A stretch of 64,000 nt of DNA from Oikopleura dioica (taxonomy: Eukaryota; Animalia; Chordata). Under the pieces are notes generated by a model. It saw nothing but the letters and a program-made list of their open reading frames with translations, was not told where the DNA came from and did not search any database. The stretch lies in the NCBI GenBank assembly GCA_907165135.1, contig OU015568.1:10850001-10914000 (forward strand), given 5' to 3'. The translations under genes were made by a program, and so were the position numbers. Of the stretch, positions 11,386 through 23,778 are shown one piece after another (positions within the stretch are counted from its first letter, which is position 1; every line of letters begins with the position of its first letter).

Positions 11386-12920
11386 TTATTTTGGATCCCA
11401 GGTTTGGTTAAAATCATCAGGTTCAAGGTATTTCACGTCATACAGCCATGGACGGTCGTTTTCTGAGTATTTTTCTATCTTTGCCAAGTTGTGGAATTCC
11501 GGGAATGTAGGAAGGTTGAATGATTCGAGGCCGAAGTCTTGCGGAAAGAAGAGAATTGAAGCTTCAAATGAGCGGATATGAAATTGACTGTCGCCTTTTT
11601 CGCACTTAAGATTGAGATCAATTGAGAAATCAAGGAAGATTTTACCTGTCCCCAAGCAGCTTTTGACAAATTATGACTCCCTGAAAGAACCCACTTTACT
11701 TTTCCGTCGGAGACTCTCTGGTAGATCTTTGAATGCGGCATCACTCGACTTCTTCCTGTCTTTTTATCAGGCTGCCACTTCGCCATATAATCTGTGATCC
11801 ATTTTTGATTCTCGTGGGTCTTAGCAGAATATGGAAATGAGCCCCCAGAAGAATAACCAAATTTTGAGCACTTGATTTGCTCCACAGTTGGGTAAACAAG
11901 CCTGAAAGCGTTTTCATCTTTTGTATAGTGACTCGCTCCATCAGCGGAGGTCATGAAGGACGCTAGAAACTCATTAAAGAGCCACGAGTCTCGAGATCTA
12001 ATAGAGCCAATCGAACTGCACTGGGCGATGAGTTGATCTTCCTTATTACAAGATTTTGCTTGTTTGAGAAGTTTGCGTAGTTTCAAATGACCAAACTTCC
12101 ATTTTTCTTTGTCGCGTCTTCTTCCGGGAGATGAAGCAACTAGGCGGGCTTTTATTGAAGAGAAATCATATTTTTCAAAAGACTGGAGGAGCGAATTCAG
12201 CGGAGCAAGGCTGTAGCTATCAATGTATTCGATTAGATCAGTCTCGAACTCTGTTGCGTTCTTCTCGCTCCCGTTCAAGAGAGGAAGAAGCGGGGATAGC
12301 CAAATCACTTGTGTTCGTTCTTCCCAGTCATAATCCAACAAATTCGCGGAGTAAACAGCAATTCGAAGTCCTTCGCGAAATTTAAGAATTGACATTTTTG
12401 TATGATGCGTTCCAAATTGAGGAACATCTGCGACGCACTGGAAAATATTGTGCGGAATGCCTTCTCGCCCTTGAAATAGAGTGTCGCCTGAGACGAGTAA
12501 TATTTTCGAAGAATTTGGCTTATGTTTTAGGACGAATTCCAAGTCAATCATGTAATTAAAATGAACGGAGCTTTCCAGATTGGGATGAAGTCTGAGCAAA
12601 TCGCCGAAAGAAAGTGAACTCCATGTTGTACTACACAAGCTGATGAATAGACGAATTCAAGGATTGTACCTTTTGATTCCCGGGACCTTTGTAAAGTAAA
12701 AACCAAACTTCTCCGAAAGAGTTTTCTCTTTCTCTTTGATTTCGGAAGTTTTCACTGAAATGTTCTCCTTGCCGATAACTTTTGCTGATTTATCCGCAGA
12801 TTTTGCTTCCTTTTGAGCTTTGAATCGATTGGCTATTTTGTGCTCTGGTGGATGCGAAAACTCATCGAAATGCTCGGGACGTTTCCTGTAACATCCAAGG
12901 CCATAAGGACACTCTTTCAT
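11386..12920 (-). CDS. TDP1: Tyrosyl-DNA phosphodiesterase 1 with N-terminal PBZ zinc finger
   Basis: Two HKN/HKD-type motifs (GTHHTKM, MPHSKIY), GSHNLSKAAWG, IRSFE and DRPW; N-terminal CPYGLGCYRKRPEHFDEFSH. Confidence 0.95.
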
Positions 12921-12967
12921 AAATCTAAACGATCAAACAATTAGAGTAAGATAATTCACAAAATGAT

Positions 12968-14322
12968 TTATTGCTTCGTTTCATCAGAATAAACAGAATG
13001 CTCGAATTTTCCATTTTTAAAGATAGATCGAAGCTTGTAAGCAGTCGCGACATTGAGAGCCTGCCGGGTTCTGAGGAATTTTCGGCCGACTTCGAACTCT
13101 CTGTATTGTTTGTTGAGATCGTGGTTCGGTGAAGGTGAGGAGGATTTGATGATGTTGGAGAGTGCTTCCTGTTCAGATCCTTCTCCTTCCTTCATGATGA
13201 TTTCTGTTTTCTCGGACGTATTGTAGGATCCCGTCCATTGTTTGTACAACAAGGTTTCGTCCTTTAATTCTATTTAAACATTGAAATTTCAAGCAAATCT
13301 CACCTTGGCTAAATTCGCAAGCGTCTTTTCTGGTACTTTTCTACGACTTTCAAATTCTTCTAAAGTCGATGCTTTACTCTTCTGCTCCAGGATTCCAAAA
13401 ACAACGTGATTCGTTCCAAACTCCGCTGGCAACGAAGTTCCACGAATTTCAAAAGATCCATCGTCTAACTTATCAATCGCGGTCACAGCAAAATTTCCGA
13501 TTTGAGAGAGAGACTGAATCAAAGGACCATCAAAAGAGGCTTCTGTTTTTCCAAGGGAATATGCATTTTCACCGATTAGATTTAGACTTATTTGGGAATT
13601 GAGGATGTTTCGACAGTGTCGAGTAAGTTTTTGAAGATCGATTTCGCTAGGTGACCATGCTAAAAAGAACGTGAATGGGGACTTTCTTGATGAATCTTAC
13701 AAGAAACATCGCTATCAAAAGCGATTCTAACTCCGAACGATCCAGACTCAACTGATAAATCCAAACTTTCAACTGCGCTCAGATTTCCAAAACTTTCAGA
13801 AAAGGCCGTTTTCATCGCATGCCCGAGCAAAAATGTACACGTTCTCCAGTAGGCTTTGCTCACTTCATCATAATAATCTAATTCTTGGCAAGTGGCATTT
13901 TTGAAACTCAAAATATCTGAAAATTCAAAATGATGACGGACAAAAACTACTCAAAATCAAACCCAAATTGCACGAGTAATTCAATGGCTGATTGATATCG
14001 ACAGCAATTGGTTCTTCTTGGTACTCTTCAGCGAATAAATAATCATCTCCCTGCTCCAGCGGCTTCTCCTTCTGCCGGACCACAGCCATTACAGCATTCT
14101 GAGCCGTTCGCAACGAAATTTTCTCGGCCACATCCAGTGGTGTAGAAATCCCTTTGTTCATCATGCAGTTGAAGTCGTCATTGTATTTATTTCCTGAGCT
14201 TTTTGATTACCAAAAACATACATTTGGGAACTACCTGTAACAGAAATATGAACTTTGTCAAACTTTCTGTTGAGGACTGCTCTCGATTTTATCGAGTGAA
14301 ATCTGACAAAGCATCTGTTCAT
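12968..14322 (-). CDS. MRPL39: Mitochondrial ribosomal protein L39 (TGS/ThrRS-like)
   Basis: MNKGISTP, QPLNYSCNL, EVSKAYWRTC and GPLI...AVTAI match the mL39 pattern. Confidence 0.8.
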
Positions 14323-14503
14323 TCTTAAAGAAAAAGATTTTACGATAAAACTTAAGAAATAAATAAATAAATTAGCCTGCATAAAAACAGTTTGCAACAT
14401 AAATTGAAGATAAATTAGATTCGCCTTGCCTTGGCTCACAGTGGCAGAAATAGTGGGTATTTTTGATTCAGGAATAAGTAGTATTGAACTTGAAATAATG
14501 AAA

Positions 14504-15732
14504 TTACAGCCAGTCTCGAGGATTTTGAAAGACCATCAATGCTTCGTGTTCTTTAGTGCCTTCTTCTGGATGGTGTTCGTACTGCCATCGCGCGGTCAAC
14601 GGAAGAGACATGAGAACAGCTTCGATTCGGACGCCTAAATTAATTCAAGAATTGGAATTGAGGATCGTTTCATACCGGGAGTAGCAAAGCCAAATTTTGT
14701 TCCACGATCGTGAACCAGATTGAATTCAACATATCGCCCTCTTCGAATTTGTTGCCAGTCCTTTTCCTCTTCAGTGAACTCAGAATGCATTCGCCGTTCA
14801 ATTATCGGAAAGTAGCTTTCACAAATTGAACTTCCACACGACATTTGATGTCGGAAACCGGCTTGGTAATCTGCCTTGCCTTCTTCAGCAAAATCACCAA
14901 TAACGTCATCGAAAAAGGTGCCGCCGACTCCCCGGCATTCTCCACTAGTAAAGTTATAATTATTAATTTCTCAGCGTTCCCTTACTTCGGTCCACGGTGT
15001 GTATTAACAAAATACTTGTCGCACCACTTTTTGAACTTTTCATAAACGCCAGGTCCACTTCTATCGCAGGCCTTTTTTTGAGTGCTGTGAAAGTGCTTGA
15101 TATCTTCTTCGTTGATATAAGCAGGGGTGAGATCAGTTCCACCGCCGAACCAGGCTTCGATTCCGTCCGCAGTTTCGACTTCAAAATAGCGGTAGTTGTA
15201 GTGGATCGTAGGGCAGTGAGGATTTACTGGATGTGTCACGCAAGAAACGCTTTGAAAGACGGTAAAGTTTGGCGAAGAAAAGAACTCACCCGACGACGGA
15301 AAAGGGCAGTGTGTCTCCTTCATTCGGTGGAGTAAGCTTATGTCCCCTCGAACGCATCGCTTCCTGCATTTTTGGGTTGAGTTTGCTCACAACGACCGAT
15401 ATTCCAACGCCAGACTTTTCAAACACTTTTCCGTCCTGAAGAACGCAGGTGATTCCACCGCCACCGTGGTCTTTTCGTTCCCATTTATCGACTTTGAAGG
15501 AAGCTTGAGAATCGACACTTCTTTCGATTCGTTCGATATTTCCACAGAAATCAGCTTGGATTTGCATACACATCAGCTCCATTCTATCAATTATAAACTA
15601 GCATAGTGCGCTTCGCATACCTTTGAAGGATTCCACCTTTCTTGAGCACCTCGATATCAGTAACGGGAATCGACCGAAAGCTCTCCAGCCTTTCCTCTAC
15701 CGGCTTCTTTTCCAATTCCAAAACCGATCCAT
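14504..15732 (-). CDS. CPOX: Oxygen-dependent coproporphyrinogen III oxidase
   Basis: [53 protein letters not shown] and SLPLTARW; start codon uncertain. Confidence 0.95.
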
Positions 15733-15759
15733 TCTAGATACCTTTTCTTACAATTTTTC

Positions 15760-15960
15760 ATCAATAGTACCAATCGATAAATCGTCGATAAATTTTCTCG
15801 ACCCTTCTCCAGATTTCAGGCTTTCTCTCTTCTCGCGCTTTGATTGGCTGAAAAATCTGCCCGCGGCGCTTTGTGAAGAATTCTTCTTCACGCACACAAA
15901 GCTGGAAATTTCGAGTCGACATAGGAAAATCTTAGAGAAGGGTCGAAAAGAAAGAAAGAG
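15760..15960. promoter_or_regulatory. Probable bidirectional promoter between CPOX and ZMPSTE24
   Basis: Short head-to-head spacer with an inverted CCAAT box (TGATTGGC near 15841) and GC-rich CGCG motifs. Confidence 0.5.
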
Positions 15961-15963
15961 AAG

Positions 15964-17625
15964 ATGGATTATATGACCCAGTGGTTCGTCTTTCTCTGGG
16001 GAGTGTATGCCCTGGAAAATTATCTCAATTTCCGACAGTGGAAAGTCGTCAGGAAATCGGGTTGAAAATCTAATTTAGTAAGTACGCTTGCTGCCAAAAT
16101 TGATATTTCGAGTCTCCTCTTTCTTTCTCACTCAATTATTATAATAAAAATATGTGAAGGAACCCTAAATGAAGAAAATCAACATATTCGGATCTAAATT
16201 CAATGCTCAAAAGTCACTTTAGCCAAGAATCATTCAAGAAGTCCCAAAGTTATGCTGATGACAAGATGAAATACGGCCTTATCCACGAATTCTACGAAAC
16301 CCTGCGGACAACAGCCTTTACGCTTTTCTTCATTTCTCCTGCTTTTTGGGGAAAGGCGAAAGAAATCTCCAACCAGTACGGCTTTGACAATGAATATTAT
16401 CATACTTGCATGGTGATTTTCTTGACGAGCGTCTTCGAATCTATCATTGGTCTTCCATGGAGTTACTACTCCAATTTCGTTCTCGAGGCAAAACACGGCT
16501 TCAACAACATGACCGTGAAATTCTGGCTGACGGATAAAGTAAAGAAGCTCTTCACAATTGGCATCCCCCTCAACGCTGCTATAATGTGCTTGATCGTCTG
16601 GGTCGTCAAATTCTTCGGAGATAATTTTTACATCTACGCTTGGGTGCTGATGTCTATCGTCATGTTCGTAATGATGTACGTTTATCCGGAATTCATCGCC
16701 CCCCTTTTCGATAAGTACAGCCCGCTAAAAGAAGGAGTCTTGAAAGAAAAGATTGAAAAGCTCGCTGGAAGCTTGGAATTTCCCCTCAAGAAATTATACG
16801 TGGTTGATGGCTCAAAACGATCAAGTCATAGGTAATTTTAAAGACTTTTTCATAGATGCTTTAACTTTTTATTCGCTAGCAACGCGTACATGTATGGTTT
16901 CCGAAACAACAAAAGAATAGTGCTCTTTGATACCTTGATCGCCTCGGAATGCACTGGAAAGAATGAAGGAAAAGGATGCGAAGACGATGAAATTGTCGCT
17001 GTTCTTGGACACGAACTTGGTCATTGGAAAATGGGACATACCGTCAAAATGCTGATTGTTCAGGAGATTCTTACTTTTGTGACTTTTTACGGCTTCGGGT
17101 ATTGACGCGGTATATAATACTCTATTTTTAATTCTTCAACTTTCCGTTGCTGAACTTTCTTTTTAATTTTCATTTTAGATTCTTCATCAACAATGACGAG
17201 CTCTTTGCTAATTTTGGATACAAAGACGAGCTAGAAGCTGGTGTCTATATCAAATTAATTGGTAAAGGAACCTCTCGTTAATAATTATTTATAAATTATT
17301 CCAGTTGTATTAACGACGATTATGGCTCCAATGTTCGAAATCGTCGGCCTGTTTATGACTCTTTTCATCCGAAGCAACGAATTTGAAGTAACCCCCTTAT
17401 CAAACGAATTTCGTTTTAATAACTCTTCAGGCTGACCGATTCGCCGTCGGCCTCGGCTACGGTGAGCTTCTGGAAAAAGCTCTAGCGAAATTATTCAACG
17501 ATAACTCCAACTTCCCACTGTGTGACAGTTGGTACGCCTGGAAGAACCACTCTCATCCTCATTTCAACGAAAGAGTGGCCGAACTCCGGGTCCAAACAGA
17601 AAAGTTCAAAGCCAAGAAGCAATAA
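15964..17625 (+). CDS. ZMPSTE24: CAAX prenyl protease 1 (peptidase M48)
   Basis: HELGH zinc motif, EFEAD across an intron, HSHP, LYVVDGSKRSSH and multiple TM segments. Confidence 0.95.
16053..16174 (+). other. Probable non-canonical GA-AG intron 1 of ZMPSTE24
   Basis: GTC AG|GA...GAAG|A AAA TCA gives an in-frame join of expected protein length; the GT alternative deletes about 16 aa. Confidence 0.5.
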
Positions 17626-17805
17626 GCAACAACTACAAACTAGACAATTTTTATCAAAGTACCAGTAGTCAAATTGAACCTTCATCTTATGAGCAAATCA
17701 TTCTGTGTATTATCAAAATATGTGTAATCATTTTATTTCCTGTTCAACGAGCGCTCTTGTAAAAGACAAATCGTACCAACTTTACACCTTTTTTTCTTTT
17801 GAAGA

Positions 17806-19193
17806 ATGTCCGAAGATAAACGAGTTAGATGCTTCTTCGATGTGAGCATGGCTGGAAGCCCAATCGGTCGAATTATCTTTGAGCTGTTTGTCGACACTAC
17901 GCCCAAAACATGCGAGAACTTCCGACAACTCTGCACAGGAGAACCGGGCTTTGGCTACAAGGTTCGTTAGAGCAAAGTTTCTCAGTCAGAGATTTTATTT
18001 TAGGGATCAACATTCCATCGTATTATTCGCAATTTTATGATCCAAGGTGGAGATTTTACAAATCACAATGGCACTGGAGGAAAATCTATTTACGGGGAAA
18101 AGTTTGAAGATGAAAATTTTGTGATGAAGCATGACGAGCCGTATCTTCTTTCTATGGCGAATGCTGGGCCAGGAACGAATGGCTCGCAATTTTTTATCAC
18201 TACTGTGAACACTCCTCATTTGGATGGGAAACATGTAAGCAAAATGTTTCTCTTCTTTGCAACAACTTGTTTTAGGTTGTTTTCGGAAAAGCTATCAAAG
18301 GGTTCGCAGCGATCAAACGCTTGGAAACAGTCTCTACTTCTGGTGACTCACCAAAAGTCCGATGCGAAATCACTGACTGTGGAGAGCTTCAACCAGGAGA
18401 GGACGACGGTATGACGCCCATCGACGACGGAACCGGCGACAACTACCCAATCTTGCCTGAAGACTACGAAGGACTAACCACTGCTCTTCGAATTAAGATT
18501 TCAGCCGACTTGAAAGATATTGGAAATGAGCAGTACAAAGGTAAGATTCCTCTATCGTCGTCTATTATTATTTTTTCGTTTTAGCAAAGAATTTCGAAAT
18601 GGCCATCAAAAAGTATGAAAAATCGCTTGTTTATTTGAACCGCGCCGATTATGAAACCGACGAAAAAGTCGAGTCCGACTCTGACTCCGAGAAAGAAGAA
18701 CCGAAGACAGACGTCGAAGTCAAGTGCGACGAAAAACAGCAGGAGGTGAATAAACAAGAATGCGCGATTCTTTTGAATATGAGCATGTGCTACTTGCTCT
18801 TGAAGAATCCGTCAGCAGCTGATAGCCATGCTCGTCGAGCTATCAAGGCGGATTCAAAGAATCCCAAAGGTAGAAATCTTACCACAACTTGAATATTAAT
18901 CATTTCTAGGGTATTTCCGCCTTGCTCGAGCCCTAGCAGCCAGTAAGGACTACAGTGAAGCTTTAAAAGAGTTGGCAACCGCCGCTTCCCTCGCTCCAGG
19001 TACGCAAGTATTCCCGCATGTCTCAATTCTTTATAATAACCTTCTTTATAATGCTCAATGACATCCTTTCGCAAATTATGATCGATTCCTTTCAGAGGAT
19101 AAGGCCATCGCCAAAGAGCAACAGGTTATTAAAGCCGCCGCAAAGAAGTATAATGAAGGCGAGAAGAAGAAATTCGCGAAGATGTTTGGCTAA
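17806..19193 (+). CDS. PPID: Cyclophilin-40 (cyclophilin domain plus TPR repeats)
   Basis: [41 protein letters not shown] and a C-terminal TPR region. Confidence 0.95.
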
Positions 19194-19507
19194 ACGCCAG
19201 ATTTCCACCCCTCTGTTCACAAATTGAGAAAAACTAGGTTTCCTTACTGCCCTCTACACTATAAAACTGACACAACATTTATCTTGTATTCAAAAACCTT
19301 GATGCTTCATTCAATTCCTTAAATTTTGTTCATTTTTTTATTGAAAAAATACTCCATTTTTACTTTTGTTCTAGTAGGCAAATCTTTTTTTTTTTCTTTT
19401 CATTACGCTTCTTAGGATAATATTTTGCTACGTGGGCGTTGTCAAGATACAATAATGATCTAACTTTGAATAAACGTGAATTTGAAAAAAAAATTTTTGA
19501 ACACAAG

Positions 19508-20591
19508 ATGGCTTCAGAAATCGGAAAAGAGAATCGAGAAAGAATGCAGAGAGTTTTATCGATTCAAAGTCACGTCGTCAGGGGAAAGTGTGGAAATGCC
19601 TCAGCTGCGTTTCCTCTCGGTGAGTGTGGTTTCTGTTTGTTCTCACGTGAAAATGATGAATTTAAGAGCTCCTCGGGCTGGAGGTGGACAGATTAAACAC
19701 TGTCCAATTCAGCAACCACACTGGCTACGGCTCGTGGACTGGTAAAATGCTCGAAACTGCAGAAGTAGCGTCACTTCTGGATGGATTGCGAAGCAAAGGC
19801 TGGATTCAGAAATACGATGTGATTTTGTCTGGATACATGCGCGACAAGGGCATTTGCCAAGTTATTTCTGATCTTGTTGATGAAGCGGGAGCGACGTGGG
19901 TTTGTGATCCGGTCCTTGGAGATTACCCCAGAGGTCTTTACGTACCAGAAGAGCTTGTTGCTGTGCACAGAGATATTTCGTGCAAGAAAGCTACGGTTTT
20001 GACACCTAATCAATTCGAAGCAGAATGTCTTACAGGTTCGCTCTGATCATTGAACCCTTTGAACTCTACAATGATTTAGGAATCAAAATCACGGATGAAA
20101 AAAGTGCCTGGGAATGTATCGAAGCCCTGCACAACCTTGGACCTCAGAAAATATGCATAACTTCGACTCTTATGACCGAAGAAGATGGAAAATTTATGAT
20201 TGGCCTTGTGTCTGATAATGAGACTAGTATACGAGGAAAGATTCGTATGCCAGTATTGACTGATAGAAGATGTATTACGAAAGATAACCAAAATGGATTT
20301 GTGCACTTTACTGGAACTGGAGATATGTTTGCTGCTTGTTTATGTGCGCATTCCGGTATTTTACTCGTTTTTTTATGTTACGAAAATTGAACTTTAGCTT
20401 CACTTCCATTTCATCAAGCTGTAGGATGCGCGATTTATGCAGTCAAAGCCACTCTAGAGGCGACTTTAGAAAGATGTGAAGGGCTAAACGACTTATCTAA
20501 AGCCGATTTGGAGCTGAATCAGATCGGCGCGCGGCATAAAATTATGAATTCTGGCAGTTATGACTGGACTGAGTTCGTCAAATTAATATAG
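19508..20591 (+). CDS. PDXK: Pyridoxal kinase
   Basis: VLSIQSHVV, NTVQFSNHTGY, VCDPVLGD, TPNQFE and FTGTGD. Confidence 0.95.
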
Positions 20592-20691
20592 ACTTATCTC
20601 TTCTTGCTGTTTTAAAAATAATCAAATAAACCTTCTTCTGTTCTGTAGTCTTTTTATATGGAATAACATGTTAAACGTTATTGTACTAGAC

Positions 20692-22712
20692 ATGGACACG
20701 AGTGTTAGTTGCAATGCCGTCATTGAGAAACTAGGACCATCAGGAGTTCTGTCAACGAAGAAATACTCGAATGTAAGGAATAATATTTCGTAAAGCAAAA
20801 TTAAAGAAGATAATTCTAGTGTAGCTTGAACATCACAAGAAGTGCAAATCGAGACATTTGCATAAAGGTAGTTCATGGAAGTACTGCTTCGATCTATCGA
20901 GTGATGACGCTCAAAGTGATGGGAAAGTTTATACCAGCTGGAAAGGCGACAATCGAATTGGACTCAGATCAGGGCAAGAGAAGGTTTTTGATCTCAAACG
21001 CCTCGGAAGAACAACTCAAGGACGTCTTGAAACTACTCCTGGTGAAATATAACAACCAAACTCCCGTGAAGAATAAACACTTGATTATTCGAGGAGAAGT
21101 CGACGAGATCTCGCCGCTAAGGCCGAGAGAACTGGAGAAAGTGAATTTGCGGTTGGCAGCTGCTAATCAGAAACAAATAACGCCGCGAAAAAATACTACA
21201 CCAGGAAAGGAAACTGACAAGAAAATATAATTATGTGCGCTGAAACAAATTATCCCTTGAAAAGTTCGAAAACTTCAACAAAGACGAGAAGCCGCGAGAA
21301 AATTAGGCCAGTTAGCAGCAAAACCTAAACTAAAAATGCCAACAATCACAGTTAAAAAAACTCCACTGAATGAAGTTCAGAAGCAAATTATCGCCTCCGC
21401 TCGTGCTGGCGACTCAATCTTCTTTACTGGCGCTGCTGGAACTGGCAAATCATATGTTCTAAAAGAACTGATCAAATCGTTGCCGACTGATACAACTGCG
21501 ATTACTGCTTCAACAGGGTGTGCTGCAGCGCCATTACAGGGTCAGACGTTGCATGCTTTTGCCGGAATTGGAATCGGGAATAGAACTGTCGAAAGTTGCA
21601 TTTCTTTGGTCAAGTCAAAGAAGTCTCTGACAAGATCGTGGAAGAAAATCAAGACGATTATTATTGATGAAATTTCAATGGTGACCGCGGAGTTCTTTGA
21701 CCTTCTAGAAGCTGTTGCACGTGGTGTTCGAGGAAACGAGGAGCCCTTCGGGGGGATTCAACTCATCGTTGCTGGGGATTTTCTCCAGCTCCCGCCAGTC
21801 TCAAAAGGATTTGGAGATAATGTGAAGAAGGCAAAGTTCTGTTTCCAAGCTTCTGCTTGGAATGAATCCATCAAAAAAGTTTACGAACTCAAGGAGGTGT
21901 TTCGGCAAGCGAATGACGGTGAGTTCTGCAGAATGCTTAATGTTATTCGAACAGGATGCGTGCCAAAGTGGGTTCAGGATCGGATCAACGAGACAAAAGC
22001 GAATCACAAGGAATTACCGGATCAAATCATTCCGACCAAACTCATGACGCACAACAATCAAGTAGACTCGCTCAATAAATCTGAGTTGCAAAAACTCAAA
22101 ACAGAAGAAAAGGTCTATTTGGCAGAAGACTCAGTAACTGACAGCAAGATTCTTTTTGCCTTGAACAAAATGCTTCCAAATGCGGTTCAAGAGCTTCGTC
22201 TCAAAGTCGGTTCTCAAGTCATGTTAACGAAGAACCTTGCAGTTTCATCCGGACTTGTGAATGGCTCAAGAGGTGTGGTCGAAGAATTCACTGAAAGTGG
22301 GCCGAAAGTAAAGTTTCTATCTCATCCTCAATCGATAGTTCTGAAGCGAGAACGGTTTGGGATTAAAATTGCGGATCGTCTTTTGGTACGTGTCCAATAT
22401 CCCCTTAAATTAGCTTGGGCAATGAGTATCCACAAGTCACAAGGAGAGGCTCAGCACTTAAGCAATTATCCGCCTCAGATAAATCGATTAATTGCCCCTC
22501 AGATCGTCTCTCATATAAACTCGTGCTGGGCCTGATCAAAAGGCATGTCTTTGGACCTTGCGCAAGTCTCGTTGTCGAGCGCGTTCGAGCACGGACAGGC
22601 TTATGTGGCACTGAGTCGATGTCGCACGCTCAAGGGACTGAAGGTCTTGGATTTCAATCCGCTGACAATTACAGCTCACCCGGACGCGCTTGCTTTTCAT
22701 CAATCTCTTTAA
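20692..22712 (+). CDS. PIF1: PIF1 5'-3' DNA helicase
   Basis: GAAGTGKS, IIIDEISM, GDFLQLPPV, VFRQ, PLKLAWAMSIHKSQG and GQAYVALSR. Confidence 0.95.
22444..22542 (+). other. Non-canonical GA-AG intron in PIF1 with an 11-bp terminal stem
   Basis: Removal is required to join HKSQG to MSLDLAQVSL; arms 22447-22457 AGGCTCAGCAC and 22523-22533 GTGCTGGGCCT. Confidence 0.85.
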
Positions 22713-22803
22713 TTTTTACCTCGATCTGATCATTTAACTGCCTTATATCTTGAACATTCCGATTTTTTTAAAACTCTCTTTCAAGAATTCATCTATTCAG
22801 ACA

Positions 22804-23378
22804 ATGTCATCGGAAAAGATAGAAGTAGTCTCATCCGAAGTGATCGAAGCTGAAGAAGAGCTGAAGCTTGCTTTGAGAGGCATAACTCCCAGACGAAAGC
22901 GAGTCAAGATTCGAGACAAAGAAATTGAACTTTCAAATATTCCTGATGATACTTCGTAAGCAAATTTTACAGAATAGGATACCCTAAAAGCAGTTTTGAA
23001 GATTATACAGTCTCTGTCGCGACTGGGTAAGAACACAGTACTACCGCCCTCCTGCAAAGAAAATGTTCCAGTCTAACTTGCCTCCGGTTGATACTCCGTG
23101 GAACAATTTCGCCGAAGATGGCAAGTTCGTTTCACCTTTGGTCCCCGTGGATATAAAACCTGACACAGCATCAAAAGATGAAACCGATCCGCAAAAAATA
23201 TTCAGAGGGCACCATGCTCGCTGGAAATACATAGCGAAGTGCTGGAGAAAGCGATCAGCAGGTGATTGTCTTGTCTCTTTATTAGTTATTAAAAAGCGTA
23301 CTAGAGAATGACATGCGATATGCGTCGAGCTACAACGAGCTACAAGAGATGGCGAAAAATCTAACCAACTCGGAATGA
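22804..23378 (+). CDS. LIN37: LIN37 (MuvB/DREAM subunit)
   Basis: Spliced TSLYSLCRDW matches the LIN37 TPLYPICRAW motif; C-terminal RWKYIAKCWRKRSAENDMRY matches the [20 protein letters not shown] pattern. Confidence 0.85.
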
Positions 23379-23778
23379 AACTGCCAATATATCAAATTAC
23401 TGAAAATAAAAAACCAATGACGCAAAGCCGCAACTGTTGCTTGCTTCTTTTAATTTTTAATATCTTTTATCCTTTCGCGTTTTCAAAGGCATATTTGACC
23501 GACCACTAGCAATTGCTCGAATCATTTGATTCGAGATCGCTTTTTATCTTCGAGTTAAATGCTTTTATCAAATTTTAAACACCAATTATACTTTTTGCTT
23601 GCCTTTTAAAAAACTCTGAATATCGAATTGCTTGTATATAATATACAGTATATTAACTCCCACGAGAGAACGAAATTGTGCACCGTCTTTCAAATTAGCA
23701 TCTCTATCCAAGTTGGCGGTTTTGCTTCAACTAGAGATATTTTTTAAAGAATGAAGTAAGGCTTGAAATCGAGTGTCA

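Noticed and set aside
9913-20591. Functional clustering of the PLP-fold pseudoenzyme with pyridoxal kinase
   Set aside because: They lie on opposite strands in different gene runs among unrelated genes; proximity is probably coincidental
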